Below are positions 19,530 through 30,176 of a stretch of DNA of 64,000 bases, piece by piece (the stretch's first letter is position 1; each line of letters begins with the position of its first letter). The stretch is from the NCBI GenBank assembly GCA_041613315.1, contig JBFJHJ010000006.1, positions 30,439 to 94,438 on the forward strand, read 5' to 3'. The stretch comes from Gemmatimonadales bacterium (GTDB lineage Bacteria; Gemmatimonadota; Gemmatimonadetes; Gemmatimonadales; GWC2-71-9). The translations under genes were made by a program, and so were the position numbers. Under the pieces are notes generated by a model, which did no database searches, had not been told where the DNA came from, and was given only the letters and a program-made list of their open reading frames with translations.

Positions 19530-21034
19530 GCCCGCTCGATCTGACGCGGCCGGCCGGGATGGTCCTCGCGGTCGGTCCGGAACTGGTGCTCACGGCGTGG
19601 AGCGTGGCCGTGATGCTCACGATCGCGTGGCGGCATGCGAACGAGCGCGATCAGCGGCTGGCGGGCCATCTTGCCCTGGCCGGGCTCGTGACCACGCTGG
19701 TGACGGTGATCTGGTACTGGGCGGCCGGCGTCCAGGCCGCGCCGGGCGCCGGCATGGTCGCCGCCGACGCCTTCCGCTACGCCACGTCCACCATCTTCCT
19801 CGTTGGCGCGATCCTCGCGGTCCTCCTCTCGCTGGGGTACCTGGGCCGCGAGCGGATCCTCGTGCCCGAGTACTACCTCCTCGTCTTGCTCGCGACCGTG
19901 GGCATGATGTTCATGGGGAGCGGCACGGATCTCGTCGTCATCTTTCTGGGGCTCGAGCTGATGTCGGTCGCCGTGTACGTCCTGGCCGGCGTCAACCGCC
20001 GTAGCGTGTTCGGGGCGGAGGCCGCGCTCAAGTACTTCCTGCTCGGCGCCTTCGCGTCCGGCTTCTTCCTCTATGGGATCGCGCTCATCTGGGGCGCAAC
20101 CGGCAGCACCAACCTCTCGACGATCGCCGGGGAGATCACTCGTCTCGGCGTGCAGGGGAGCCCGATGCTGCTGGCGGGCGTGGGCCTGTTGCTCATCGGC
20201 TTCGGGTTCAAGGTGGCGGCGGTCCCGTTCCACATGTGGACCCCGGACGTGTACGACGGCGCCCCGACGCCGGTGACCGCGTTCATGGCGGCGGCGGTCA
20301 AGGCCGCCGGCTTCGCCGCGCTGGTCCGTGTTCTGCTCGAGGCGCTGGGGCCGGTCAGCGCGGTCTGGACCGGCGCTGTCTGGTGGCTCGCCGTCATCAC
20401 GATGGTGGCCGGGAACCTCGTCGCCCTTGCCCAGCGCCAGCTCAAACGCATGCTGGCCTACAGCTCCATCGGGCACGCCGGGTATCTCCTCGCGGCCGTG
20501 GCGAGTGGAACCGCTCTGGGCGCGGCCGCCTTCTTGTACTACGCGTTGGTGTACACGCTCATGACCGTCGGCGCGTTTGCGGTCCTGTCGGCCGCCGGGC
20601 GTGGGGGGGAGCGGGAAGTGTTGATCGACGACCTGGGTGGCCTCGCGTCCCGCCGCCCGTGGCTGGCCATCGCCATGGCGGTGTTCATGCTGTCGCTCTT
20701 GGGTTTCCCCGGCACCGCCGGGTTCATCGGCAAGTGGTATATCCTGTCGGCCGCGATCGATGCCCAGCACGCGTCGCTTGCCGTGGTGCTCGTGGGAGCG
20801 AGCGTCGTGTCGGCGGGCTACTATCTCCCCGTGATCATGGCCATGTTCATGCGCCCGCCGGCGTCCGAGAGCGCCCATCGGGAAACCCGCGTCGGCCGCA
20901 CCGCCGGCTGGGTGGTGGGCGCCACGGCGGTCCTGCTCGTGCTGTTCGGCTTCTGGCCCAACCGCGCCATCGACGTGGCGCAGCGTGGGAGCGAGCAGTT
21001 CAGGCCGGCCGTGACGATCACACAATCCCCCTAG
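19526..21034 (+). CDS. nuoN: NADH-quinone oxidoreductase subunit N
   Basis: EAALKYF, PFHMWTPDVYDGAP, KRMLAYSSIGHAG. Confidence 0.97.
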   Translation: MSPLDLTRPAGMVLAVGPELVLTAWSVAVMLTIAWRHANERDQRLAGHLALAGLVTTLVTVIWYWAAGVQAAPGAGMVAADAFRYATSTIFLVGAILAVLLSLGYLGRERILVPEYYLLVLLATVGMMFMGSGTDLVVIFLGLELMSVAVYVLAGVNRRSVFGAEAALKYFLLGAFASGFFLYGIALIWGATGSTNLSTIAGEITRLGVQGSPMLLAGVGLLLIGFGFKVAAVPFHMWTPDVYDGAPTPVTAFMAAAVKAAGFAALVRVLLEALGPVSAVWTGAVWWLAVITMVAGNLVALAQRQLKRMLAYSSIGHAGYLLAAVASGTALGAAAFLYYALVYTLMTVGAFAVLSAAGRGGEREVLIDDLGGLASRRPWLAIAMAVFMLSLLGFPGTAGFIGKWYILSAAIDAQHASLAVVLVGASVVSAGYYLPVIMAMFMRPPASESAHRETRVGRTAGWVVGATAVLLVLFGFWPNRAIDVAQRGSEQFRPAVTITQSP

Positions 21035-21065
21035 GCGCGGGCCGCGCTCCCGCATCGGGTCATCC

Positions 21066-22439
21066 GTGAATATTCCGGCCGTGATCTTCCGGCAGTACGA
21101 CATTCGTGGTGTGGTCGGGCAGGATCTCACCTCCGAGACGGCGCACGCCGTGGGGCGCGCGCTGGCGACGCTCGCACGGCGCTGGATCGGCCGTGACCCG
21201 CGGCTCGCCGTCGGTCGTGATAACCGGCCGTCGGGCGAGCTGCTCGCTCGGGCGACCCGAGACGGGATCAGCCGGGCTGGCGGCGTCGCGGTGGACGTCG
21301 GGCAAGTGCCGACGCCCGCTCTGTATCTCGCCCTGCACGAGCTCGACGTCGACGGGGGCGTGCAGGTGACGGGCTCGCACAACCCGCCGGAGTTCAATGG
21401 GTTCAAGATGGTCGCCGCCGGGCGCACGCTGCACGGCGAGGACATTCAGACGCTGCGGCAGCTCATCGTTGACGATGCCACCGATACCGGCGAGGGCGGG
21501 CTCGAGGCCGACGACTCGCTCCTGCGGCGCTACGCCGATGCGGTGGTCTCACGCAACAGCCCGCTCGCCCGACCCGTCAAAGTCGCCGTGGACTGCGGCA
21601 ACGGGGTGACCAGCCTGGTCGCGGAGACGGTGCTCACCCGCGTGGGTGCCGACGTGATTCCGCTGTTCTGTGACTCCGACGGGCGGTTTCCCAACCACCA
21701 TCCCGATCCCACCGTACCGGAGAACCTCGCCGACCTCCAGGCGGCCGTGCGCCGCACCGGCGCGGAGCTGGGCATCGCGTTCGACGGCGACGGGGATCGG
21801 ATCGGCGCCGTCGATGAAACCGGGAACGTCGTGTTCGGCGATCAACTCCTCGTGCTGTTCGGCCGCGATCTCGTGGCCCGGATGGGTCCCGGCCATCCAG
21901 TGATCTTCGACGTGAAGTGTTCGAACGTGCTGGTCGAGGCGCTCGAGCGCGCCGGGCTCGAGCCCGTGATCTGGAAGACCGGCCACTCGCTCATCAAAGC
22001 CAAGATGCACGAGCTGAAGGCGCCGCTGGCGGGCGAGATGAGCGGCCACGTGTTCTTCGGTGGCGACTATTACGGCTTCGACGATGCGCTCTTCGCGGCG
22101 GCCCGGCTGGTGGCGTACGTCGCGGTGCAGGGTGGCCCGTTGTCGACGCTGCTCGCCGATCTTCCCAAGACGTTCGCGACCCCCGAGCTCCGCGTCGACT
22201 GCCCGGAAGAACGCAAATTCGCGATCGTCGAAGACGCCGCGCAGTATTTTGGCGAGCGCTACGAGACCCTCACCCTCGACGGCGTCCGGATCTCGTTTCC
22301 CCACGGATGGGGACTGCTACGGGCGTCCAACACGCAGCCCGTCCTCGTACTGCGGTTCGAGGCGACCTCGGCGGACGCGTTGACCGCGTACCGCGGCGAG
22401 GTCGAGAACTGGCTGCGCGCTCAGGGTATTGCAGTGTAG
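21066..22439 (+). CDS. Phosphomannomutase/phosphoglucomutase (AlgC type)
   Basis: FRQYDIRG, TGSHNP, FDGDGDR, GEMSGH, RASNTQP. Confidence 0.93.
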   Translation: MNIPAVIFRQYDIRGVVGQDLTSETAHAVGRALATLARRWIGRDPRLAVGRDNRPSGELLARATRDGISRAGGVAVDVGQVPTPALYLALHELDVDGGVQVTGSHNPPEFNGFKMVAAGRTLHGEDIQTLRQLIVDDATDTGEGGLEADDSLLRRYADAVVSRNSPLARPVKVAVDCGNGVTSLVAETVLTRVGADVIPLFCDSDGRFPNHHPDPTVPENLADLQAAVRRTGAELGIAFDGDGDRIGAVDETGNVVFGDQLLVLFGRDLVARMGPGHPVIFDVKCSNVLVEALERAGLEPVIWKTGHSLIKAKMHELKAPLAGEMSGHVFFGGDYYGFDDALFAAARLVAYVAVQGGPLSTLLADLPKTFATPELRVDCPEERKFAIVEDAAQYFGERYETLTLDGVRISFPHGWGLLRASNTQPVLVLRFEATSADALTAYRGEVENWLRAQGIAV

Positions 22440-22442
22440 GAC

Positions 22443-25016
22443 ATGGGTCCACGCCGACGATGGGTGCAGGCGGCCATCGGGGTCGCGCTGGTAGGACTGG
22501 TCGGCGGCCGCTGGCTCGCGGTGTCGACCGCGGGTCGGCTGTGGGCGGAGGCGATGGGCGTGCCCGGCACCCACGGGGACATCGCGCGCCTCCGGGTGTT
22601 GCTCCTCGCCACCGCCATGAGCGCCGCGCTGCTCTGGTGCCTCGGCAATCTCTACCTGGTCTACCGATCCATCGGCTCGGTGCACGTGCCCCGCCGCCTC
22701 GGCAACATCGAGATTCTCGAGGTGGTCCCACGCCGCTACCTCCTGCTCATCGCCCTCGGCATCGGGACGGCTCTCGCCGTCCTCCTGAGCCATGGCGCCG
22801 GCGACTGGTGGCGCGTCCGCGCCCTCGCCGGCCTTTCCACCAGTGTGGGGATCCGCGACCCGGTGCTCGGCGAAGATCTCGCGTACTACCTGTTTCGCCT
22901 GCCCTGGCACCGGACGCTGCACGGGTTCGCGACCTTGCTGAGCGGCGTGCTCCTGGCGGTCACCGGCGTGCTCTACGCCGCGCTCGGGGCGATTCGCTGG
23001 GCGGAACGTCGGCTGCAGGTGACCGAGCTGGCGCGCGCCCACTTGGGCGTGCTGCTCGCCGCCTTCGCGCTCGCGCTCGCCTGGGGCTATCGCCTCGAGC
23101 CCACCGAGTACGTCGCCGGGGTGCACAGTGTCCCCGCCGACGTCGTCTTGACCGGCGTGCGGATCCCGGCCGCGCGGCTCCTGAGCGGCCTTGCGCTGGT
23201 CGCGGCCGGCGCCTCGGTGCTGTGGATCTGGGCGGCGCGCATGACCGTGGTCGTGGTGTCGTGGGTCATCCTGGGGGCCGCGTCAGTGGCGGGTCACTAT
23301 GTCGTGCCCGTGTTCGCCACCGCCACGCGGCGCCCGGAGGAGCTGCCCCTCTCGCAGGTCGTCAAGCGATCGGACGAGTTTGCACGACTCGCTTACGGCA
23401 GGGTGCCGGCGGCACAGCTCGTGCGGACCTCCGTGCTGACCGATCCGGACCGCCTCGTGGGCTATGCGGCGGCTCTCCGCCGGGGGCCGGTGTGGGACGC
23501 CTTTGCGCTCACCGTGTCTCTCGATCGCGTCGCCGCCCCCCGGCCGGCGACCGCATTCCACGAGGCGACACTCGCCGCGTACCCGGACCCGGAGGGGCGC
23601 CAGGTGCCGGTCTACCTGGCGGCGCGACGGGTTGATCTGACGGCGCTCCGGTCGGCGGCGCCCGCGCCGACCTGGGAGGCGGTGCATGTCGGTCCGCACG
23701 CCGTAGCACGCGGGGCCGTTGCGGTCCTGGCCCACCGTGCGGCTGCCGACGGCCTGCCGCTGTTCATCGCCGATCTGTCACGTCCCGAGGTCGCCGGGGA
23801 AGCGCCGGCGGACCTTTCGCTCGCCATCCCCGAGATGTTGACGGCGCCCGGCATCGCCGATTTCGCGGTGCGCCCCCCGGCGGAGGGTGGGGCGCGCGGC
23901 GTCCGGGCGGGCGGCTTCTGGCGGCGCCTCGCCTTAGCTTGGGCGCTCCAGAGCCCGCAGCTCATCGGATCGGAGGCGGTGGGCGACAGCGCGGTGCTGA
24001 TCTGGGAGCGCGACGTGGCGTCCCGCCTGCACCAATTCGCCCCGTTTGCCGACTTCGGGGCGCCGTACGCCGTCGTCGTGGAAACACGTCTCTACTGGCT
24101 CGCCAGCGGCTACGTGGCGGCCGACGCCTTCCCGCTCGCGCCCGAAGCGCGGTGGCAGGGAGAGGCCGTGCGCTATCTCCGGGCGGGATACCTGGGCGTC
24201 GTTGACGCGGCCACCGGTGCGACGGCGGTCTACCTGGTCGCCGACCCGGATCCGCTCAGCGCGGCGTGGGCGTCGTTGGCGCCCGACGTTGTCCAGCCGG
24301 CCGACGCGTTCCCGGAGGCGCTGGCCGGGCACATCCGCTATCCGGCGGAAGCATTTGCCGTTCAGGCGACGCTCGCACGCGCCACGCAGCTGGAGGCTGC
24401 GCCGGAGGGTGGTGGGCTGCAGCGGCGCGGTGCCCTCGGTGTTGGGGCGGTCCCCTACTGGTGGTTTGGCCCGGTGCCCGGGGACTCAGCCAACCGGGTG
24501 CGGCTGATGGCGGCCGTCGAAGGAGGGGTACCCTCCGAACTCCGCGGTATGGTCGTCGGCACGGCGCGCGGCACCGAGCGTGAGCTCCGCCTATTCCGGT
24601 TCGATCCGGCCGCGGAGCTCCCTGTCCCGTCGGCCGCGGCGCGCGCGTTCGCCGAGCTGCGACCGGACACGGCGGGGATCCGCGGCGCGGTCCGCCTCGT
24701 CCCGTTCGACGACGGTGTGCTCGCGATCCAGACGGGGTACGCGGGCGCGCGGGATTCGCGCGACCCCCCGCGGATCGCCGACATCGCGGTGCAGTGGGGC
24801 GGGCTGACCGCCGTCGGGCCGACGCTCGCCGCCGCCCTGCGCCGCGCGGGGACGGAACAACATGCGGCGGTGGTCTCGGCCGAGACGTGGCGCGAGGCGG
24901 GACGCTGGTTCGAGCGCATGGACGCGGCGCGGCGCGCCGGCGATTGGACCGCGTTTGGGCGCGCGTACGACGCCCTGCGGCGACTGCTGGCGGGACCACC
25001 CGACAGCCGCCCGTGA
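22443..25016 (+). CDS. UPF0182 family membrane protein (divergent)
   Basis: N-terminal TM bundle with DPVLGEDLAYYLFRLP; HIRYP; C-terminal GDW..FG helix. Confidence 0.75.
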   Translation: MGPRRRWVQAAIGVALVGLVGGRWLAVSTAGRLWAEAMGVPGTHGDIARLRVLLLATAMSAALLWCLGNLYLVYRSIGSVHVPRRLGNIEILEVVPRRYLLLIALGIGTALAVLLSHGAGDWWRVRALAGLSTSVGIRDPVLGEDLAYYLFRLPWHRTLHGFATLLSGVLLAVTGVLYAALGAIRWAERRLQVTELARAHLGVLLAAFALALAWGYRLEPTEYVAGVHSVPADVVLTGVRIPAARLLSGLALVAAGASVLWIWAARMTVVVVSWVILGAASVAGHYVVPVFATATRRPEELPLSQVVKRSDEFARLAYGRVPAAQLVRTSVLTDPDRLVGYAAALRRGPVWDAFALTVSLDRVAAPRPATAFHEATLAAYPDPEGRQVPVYLAARRVDLTALRSAAPAPTWEAVHVGPHAVARGAVAVLAHRAAADGLPLFIADLSRPEVAGEAPADLSLAIPEMLTAPGIADFAVRPPAEGGARGVRAGGFWRRLALAWALQSPQLIGSEAVGDSAVLIWERDVASRLHQFAPFADFGAPYAVVVETRLYWLASGYVAADAFPLAPEARWQGEAVRYLRAGYLGVVDAATGATAVYLVADPDPLSAAWASLAPDVVQPADAFPEALAGHIRYPAEAFAVQATLARATQLEAAPEGGGLQRRGALGVGAVPYWWFGPVPGDSANRVRLMAAVEGGVPSELRGMVVGTARGTERELRLFRFDPAAELPVPSAAARAFAELRPDTAGIRGAVRLVPFDDGVLAIQTGYAGARDSRDPPRIADIAVQWGGLTAVGPTLAAALRRAGTEQHAAVVSAETWREAGRWFERMDAARRAGDWTAFGRAYDALRRLLAGPPDSRP

Positions 25017-25023
25017 CGTCAAG

Positions 25024-25052
25024 TTGCTGGCGTTTCCGGCACGGACTAGCTT
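25024..25052 (+). promoter_or_regulatory. Probable sigma70-type promoter
   Basis: TTGCTG, 17 nt, TAGCTT; GTG start 10 nt downstream. Confidence 0.5.
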
Positions 25053-25062
25053 GCACGCTTCC

Positions 25063-26022
25063 GTGACCACCGCTCCCGGCACCATCGTCGTGGCCCTGGG
25101 GGGCAACGCGCTCGCCCCGCCCGGCGAACGGGCGACGATCCACGACCAGTTCCGCCACACCCGGGCGTCCCTCGCGGCCGTCGTGCCACTGGCCCGCGAT
25201 GGCTGGAACATCGCTATCGTCCACGGCAACGGCCCGCAGGTGGGTGATGAGCTGGAGCGCAACGAGATCGCGTACGAACGGGTCGAACCCCTCCCGCTCG
25301 GTGTGCTCGTGGCCGCCACCGCCGGTTGGATCGGCTACATGATCCAGCAGTCGCTCCAGAATGCGCTGGAGGACGCCGGCATCAGGCGGGACGTGCTGAC
25401 GATCATCACGCAGACGGTCGTGGCTCGGGACGATCCCCAGCTGGCGACCGCCACGAAACCCGTCGGACACGCCCTCGCACCCGACATGGTGGCACTGCTG
25501 GAGAGCCGCCGGGTCTCGGTGGGACAGGATGGGGCGGGCCGGTGGCGTCGGCTCGCGCCGAGCCCCGTGCCACGGGATGTGGTCGAAGCGGACGCGGTGA
25601 AACAGCTCGTCGACGAAGGCAAGATCGTGATCACGGCGGGGGGCGGCGGGCCGCCGGTGTACTGGGACGGGCAACGACATTGGGAGGGCGTAGATGCCGT
25701 GGTGGACAAAGACCGCACGGCGGCTATCGTAGGCCGCCGGCTGGGTGCGGTCGCGCTCCTCATTCTCACCGACGTGGATGCGGTGTATCGCGGGTGGGGC
25801 ACCGAGCAGCGTGAGCCGCTGCGGCGGCTGTCGGTCGGCGCGGCCGAGGCGCTGCTGGCGGGCGGAACCCTGAGGGCGGGCAGCATGCGCCCCAAGGTGG
25901 AGGCGGCGGTGGAATTCGTCCGGAGCGGTGGCCGGCGCGCGGTGATCGCGCATCTGGAACAGGGCCTCGCCGCATTGCGCGGGGAGACGGGAACGACCGT
26001 GACGGAGGAGATGAGCGAGTGA
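25063..26022 (+). CDS. arcC: Carbamate kinase
   Basis: VVALGGNAL, HGNGPQVG, TKPVG, DAVVDKD, GSMRPKVEAA. Confidence 0.93.
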   Translation: MTTAPGTIVVALGGNALAPPGERATIHDQFRHTRASLAAVVPLARDGWNIAIVHGNGPQVGDELERNEIAYERVEPLPLGVLVAATAGWIGYMIQQSLQNALEDAGIRRDVLTIITQTVVARDDPQLATATKPVGHALAPDMVALLESRRVSVGQDGAGRWRRLAPSPVPRDVVEADAVKQLVDEGKIVITAGGGGPPVYWDGQRHWEGVDAVVDKDRTAAIVGRRLGAVALLILTDVDAVYRGWGTEQREPLRRLSVGAAEALLAGGTLRAGSMRPKVEAAVEFVRSGGRRAVIAHLEQGLAALRGETGTTVTEEMSE

Positions 26023-27158
26023 ATCTGCACGAGTATCAGGCCCGGGCGCAGCTCAAGGCGGCTGGGATCCCGGTACCGGACGGGGACGTCGCCACCACGC
26101 CGGCGGAGGTCGAAGCGATCGCCCGGCGCTTGGGCGGGGCCGTGGTCGTCAAGGCGCAGGTGCACGCGGGTGGGCGCGGGAAGGCAGGCGGGGTCAAGCT
26201 CGCCAGGGACGCGCGGGAAGCGCGAGCCCATGGCGAGCAGATCCTTGGCATGCAGATCAAGGGACTCACCGTGCAGCGGGTGCTCGTGGTGCCAGCGGCG
26301 GACATCGCCTCCGAGAGCTATGTCGGGATCATTGTGGATCGGGCGTCGCGCCGCCCCGTGCTGATGGTGAGTCCGGCTGGTGGCGTGGACATCGAGGACG
26401 TCGCGGCCGCGACGCCGGAGAAGATCTTCCGTGCCGGCATCGACCCGCGCTACGGGCTCCTGTCGCACCAGGCCATGCAGCTCGCGTTTCGGCTGTATGA
26501 CGAGCTCAGCCAGGTGCGGCAGGCCGCCATGATCATGCAGCGACTCTACGACGCGTTTGTGACCGCGGGCGCGTCGCTGGCGGAGATCAATCCCCTGATC
26601 ACAACGCCCGAAGGGCGGGTCGTGGCGATCGACGCGAAGATCGCCGTGGACGATAACGAGTTGGAGCGTCGGCCGGAGATCGCGGCGCTGCGCGACGTCT
26701 CTGCGGAGGACCCCGCCGAGGTCGCGGCGCGCGAGGGCGGTTTGTCGTACATCAAGTTGGACGGCGACGTCGGCTGCTGCGTGAACGGCGCCGGGCTCGC
26801 CATGGCGACCATGGATCTCGTCAAGTACTACGGCGGGGCGCCCGCCAACTTCCTGGATATCGGAGGGAGCAGCAGCCCCGACAAGGTGGTCACCGCACTG
26901 ACGATCATTACGGGCGATCGCCATGTGAAGAGTATCTTGTTCAACATCTTCGGCGGCATCACGCGATGCGACGATGTCGCGAACGGAATCGTGGCGGCGA
27001 CCAAACGCGCGCCGATCGACCGGCCGCTCGTCATCCGGCTCACCGGCACCAACGAAGAACAGGCGGTCCGGATCCTGAAGCGGGCCGGGTTCGAGGCGCT
27101 CACGGGTATGGACGAGGCGGTGCAGGAAGCCGTGAAGCGGGCGCGGGAGGCGGCGTGA
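26019..27158 (+). CDS. sucC: Succinyl-CoA synthetase beta subunit
   Basis: [35 protein letters not shown]. Confidence 0.97.
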   Translation: MNLHEYQARAQLKAAGIPVPDGDVATTPAEVEAIARRLGGAVVVKAQVHAGGRGKAGGVKLARDAREARAHGEQILGMQIKGLTVQRVLVVPAADIASESYVGIIVDRASRRPVLMVSPAGGVDIEDVAAATPEKIFRAGIDPRYGLLSHQAMQLAFRLYDELSQVRQAAMIMQRLYDAFVTAGASLAEINPLITTPEGRVVAIDAKIAVDDNELERRPEIAALRDVSAEDPAEVAAREGGLSYIKLDGDVGCCVNGAGLAMATMDLVKYYGGAPANFLDIGGSSSPDKVVTALTIITGDRHVKSILFNIFGGITRCDDVANGIVAATKRAPIDRPLVIRLTGTNEEQAVRILKRAGFEALTGMDEAVQEAVKRAREAA

Positions 27159-28024
27159 GCATCTTCATCGGCCGTGACACGAAACTGGTGGTGCAGGGCA
27201 TCACCGGGCGGGACGGGTCGTTCCACACGGCGCAAATGCGTGAATACGGCACGCGGGTGGTGGCGGGCGTGACGCCCGGTAAGGGCGGCGAGAAGTTCGA
27301 CGGCGCCGTGCCCGTCTTCGACACGGTGGCGGAGGCCGTCAGCGAGACGGGCGCGAATACCTCCGTGATCTACGTGCCGGCCCGGTTTGCCGCCGATGCG
27401 ATCTACGAGGCTGCCGATGCGGGGATCGGGCTGATCGTGTGCATCACCGAAGGCATCCCCGTGTTGGACATGACCCGGCTGATGCCGTTCCTCGCGGAGC
27501 GCGGCACCCGCCTGATTGGGCCCAACTGTCCGGGAGCGATCGCGCCGGGGCAGACCAAAGTCGGGATCATCCCGGGCCGGATCTGTCGCGAGGGCACCCT
27601 CGGCGTCGTTTCCCGCAGCGGCACGCTGACCTACGAGATCGTGGATCAGTTGTCCCGCCACGGCCAGGGGCAGTCGACGTGCGTCGGCATCGGCGGGGAT
27701 CCGATCGTCGGGACGACGTTCATCGACTGCCTGGCCGCCTTCGAGGCGGACTCGGCGACGGAGGCGGTCGTGATGATAGGCGAGATCGGCGGCACGGACG
27801 AGCAGAAGGCCGCCGAGTACGTGGCGAGCGAGATGGGCAAGCCGGTCGTCGGCTTCATCGCCGGGCAGACGGCGCCGCCGGGCCGCCGCATGGGCCACGC
27901 GGGGGCCATCATCTCGGGCTCCTCGGGCACGGCGCGGGAGAAAATGGAGGCGTTCGCGCGGGCGGGGATCGGGGTCATGAAGCGGCCGGCCGACGTGGTG
28001 CCCCTGCTGAAGGAGCGACTCTGA
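27155..28024 (+). CDS. sucD: Succinyl-CoA synthetase alpha subunit
   Basis: [27 protein letters not shown]. Confidence 0.97.
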   Translation: MSIFIGRDTKLVVQGITGRDGSFHTAQMREYGTRVVAGVTPGKGGEKFDGAVPVFDTVAEAVSETGANTSVIYVPARFAADAIYEAADAGIGLIVCITEGIPVLDMTRLMPFLAERGTRLIGPNCPGAIAPGQTKVGIIPGRICREGTLGVVSRSGTLTYEIVDQLSRHGQGQSTCVGIGGDPIVGTTFIDCLAAFEADSATEAVVMIGEIGGTDEQKAAEYVASEMGKPVVGFIAGQTAPPGRRMGHAGAIISGSSGTAREKMEAFARAGIGVMKRPADVVPLLKERL

Positions 28025-28920
28025 GACTCGTCGACCTCCTCATTCCCGAGCGCGTGCTCGTCCCGCTCGACGTGGAGAGCCTCCGTGATGCGGCGGAAGC
28101 GCTCCTCGAGGCGCTGATCGCCTCCGGGGTGACCGAGGAGCCCGACAAGCTGCGGGAGCGTCTGGGAGGCGTGCTGCCGCGCGACGTGATTGCGGCGGGG
28201 CAGGCGTTCATCTTGCACTTTCGGAGCGACGCGCTCTCGGCGCTCGCGGCCGCGCTCGGGATCGCGCCGCGGCCGCTGTCCGGTGAGCAGGACCGGTCGA
28301 AGGAGGCTCGAATCATCCTCCTGATCGTGGCGCCGCCGGGGGAGACCTCCTCGTACCTCCAGGCCGTGAGCGCGTTCGGACGGGTCCTGAGTCGGGAGGC
28401 GGTGGTCTCCGCGCTGCACAGTGCACAGAGCGCCGAGGAGGTCGTCCAAGCGGACGCCCTGGCCGACATCAGGATGCCGGGCTACCTGTCGGTGCGCGAC
28501 GTGATGGTCGCCAGCAGCCTCTCGGTCCGGCCGGAGACGACGCTGGGTGACGCGGCCGAGATGATGTTGGCCAGCAACGTGCGGGCGCTCCCGGTCGTGA
28601 GCGAGACGGGAGAAGTCCTCGGCATGGTCTCGCACCGAGAGTTGCTGCGGTACCTGTTGCCCATGTATGTCAAGCGGGCGAGCAGCGGCGAGTTCCGGGC
28701 GGTCCGCCGGTCCAGCGAAGGCGGGACCGACCCGCGCAAGCTGCCCGTCCGGGAAGTGATGGACCGGAGCGTCCTGTGCGTATCCGAAGACCAGACCCTG
28801 GCGGATATCGCCACCACGATGATCAGCCGGAACGTCGACCGGTTTCCGGTCGTGCGGGAAGGCAAGCTCGCCGGGTTCCTGACGCGCAGCGATATCGTGC
28901 GCCGGCTCCTCGGGAAATAG
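28021..28920 (+). CDS. PTS EIIA-like + tandem CBS domain protein
   Basis: (M)RLVDLL..ERV EIIA-like N-terminus with His in AFILHFR; two CBS repeats; probable CTG start with AAGGAG 5 nt upstream. Confidence 0.8.
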   Translation: MRLVDLLIPERVLVPLDVESLRDAAEALLEALIASGVTEEPDKLRERLGGVLPRDVIAAGQAFILHFRSDALSALAAALGIAPRPLSGEQDRSKEARIILLIVAPPGETSSYLQAVSAFGRVLSREAVVSALHSAQSAEEVVQADALADIRMPGYLSVRDVMVASSLSVRPETTLGDAAEMMLASNVRALPVVSETGEVLGMVSHRELLRYLLPMYVKRASSGEFRAVRRSSEGGTDPRKLPVREVMDRSVLCVSEDQTLADIATTMISRNVDRFPVVREGKLAGFLTRSDIVRRLLGK

Positions 28921-28961
28921 CGCGTCGCGGGGCCCGTTCGAGCGGCGTGAGATGCGGAACG

Positions 28962-28996
28962 ACGGCGAACGGATAAGGGACAACGGATAACGGCAG
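28962..28996 (+). repeat. Degenerate heptamer tandem array (ACGGANN type)
   Basis: ACGGCGA ACGGATA AGGGACA ACGGATA ACGGCAG. Confidence 0.65.
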
Positions 28997-29001
28997 TCGC
29001 T

Positions 29002-29418
29002 ATGTTGACTTTGGCGATCATCAAGCCCGATGCCGTGGCCAGCGGCAAGATGGGCCGGATTCTGGCGCATCTCGAGGACGCCGGCTTCGCGATCCGGGCG
29101 GCTCGGCTCCTCCGGCTGACCACCGCAGAGGCAGAGGCGTTCTATGCCGTCCACCGGGAGCGGCCGTTTTTCCGTTCCCTCGTGACCTTCATGACGTCCG
29201 GGCCGTGCCTCCCGATCGTGCTGGAGCGCGACGACGCCGTGGCCCACCTGCGAACGGTCATCGGCGCGACCGATCCCGCCGAGGCGGCCGAGGGCACGGT
29301 GCGGCGGCTGTACGCCGAGTCGAAGGAACGAAACGCGATTCATGCCTCCGATGCCCCGGACACGGCCCGTCGCGAGGTCGCGTTCTTCTTTGCCGAGAGC
29401 GAGCTCTGGCGGCGGTGA
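29002..29418 (+). CDS. ndk: Nucleoside diphosphate kinase
   Basis: IIKPDA, FYAVHRERPFF, NAIHASD. Confidence 0.97.
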   Translation: MLTLAIIKPDAVASGKMGRILAHLEDAGFAIRAARLLRLTTAEAEAFYAVHRERPFFRSLVTFMTSGPCLPIVLERDDAVAHLRTVIGATDPAEAAEGTVRRLYAESKERNAIHASDAPDTARREVAFFFAESELWRR

Positions 29419-29433
29419 CGGCGACGCGCCGCG

Positions 29434-29462
29434 TTGACCCAAGTATCGACGGCCGATAACTT
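29434..29462 (+). promoter_or_regulatory. sigma70-type promoter of yceD-rpmF-plsX-fab
   Basis: TTGACC, 17 nt, TAACTT; ATG 9 nt downstream. Confidence 0.65.
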
Positions 29463-29471
29463 TAAAGGCTC

Positions 29472-29987
29472 ATGTTGCGCGTCGACCTCCCGGCTCTCCG
29501 CAAGGGACCGGTGCAGACCGAGGGTGCCATTCCGGCCGACGATCCGCTGTTCGCGGGGGTGGGCTTTCACCTGGGGCGGCCGGTGCGCGTGGGCGGACGG
29601 CTGATGGACAGTGGGCAGGGCCAGTACTATTGGCGTGCTGACCTGCGCACCGTGGTCGAGACCACGTGCCGTCGCTGTTTGGCGCCGGTCGCGCTGGAGG
29701 TGGCGGCGGATCTCGACGTGCTGTTCACCGAGGACACGCAAGCCGACGACCCGTCGACCTACGTGATCCCGCCGCGGAGCACCGAGCTCGATCTCGGCGC
29801 GACGGTGCGGGAGGAGCTGATCCTGGCGGTACCCTCGTACGTGGTGTGCCGGGACGACTGCCGCGGGCTCTGCCCGCGGTGCGGGAAGGACCTGAATCAG
29901 GGGCCATGCGACTGCCGTCCGGAGGCGGACCCCCGCTGGGGGCCGCTCGCGGCGCTGAGAGCGCGACTGGCCCGAGGCGAGGATTGA
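29472..29987 (+). CDS. yceD: DUF177/YceD family protein
   Basis: [22 protein letters not shown]; upstream of rpmF. Confidence 0.92.
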   Translation: MLRVDLPALRKGPVQTEGAIPADDPLFAGVGFHLGRPVRVGGRLMDSGQGQYYWRADLRTVVETTCRRCLAPVALEVAADLDVLFTEDTQADDPSTYVIPPRSTELDLGATVREELILAVPSYVVCRDDCRGLCPRCGKDLNQGPCDCRPEADPRWGPLAALRARLARGED

Positions 29988-29991
29988 AGCC

Positions 29992-30174
29992 ATGGCCGTA
30001 CCGAAGCGACGGACATCCAAGAGCCGCAAGCGCAAGCGCCGCACGCACCACCGGGCCCACGTGCCGGCCGTCCAGGCCTGCCCGCGCTGCGGCGATCCAC
30101 GAATCCCGCATCGCGTGTGCCCCAGTTGCGGGTATTACGGGGAGCAGAAACGGGTCGACGTCGAGGACGTCTGA
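29992..30174 (+). CDS. rpmF: 50S ribosomal protein L32 (Zn-ribbon form)
   Basis: [14 protein letters not shown]...CPSCGYY. Confidence 0.97.
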   Translation: MAVPKRRTSKSRKRKRRTHHRAHVPAVQACPRCGDPRIPHRVCPSCGYYGEQKRVDVEDV

Positions 30175-30176
30175 GC

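Noticed and set aside
25037..25054. sigma54 promoter upstream of arcC (CGGCACGGACTAGCTTGC)
   Set aside because: GG-to-GC spacing is 9 or 13, not 10; a sigma70 reading fits better
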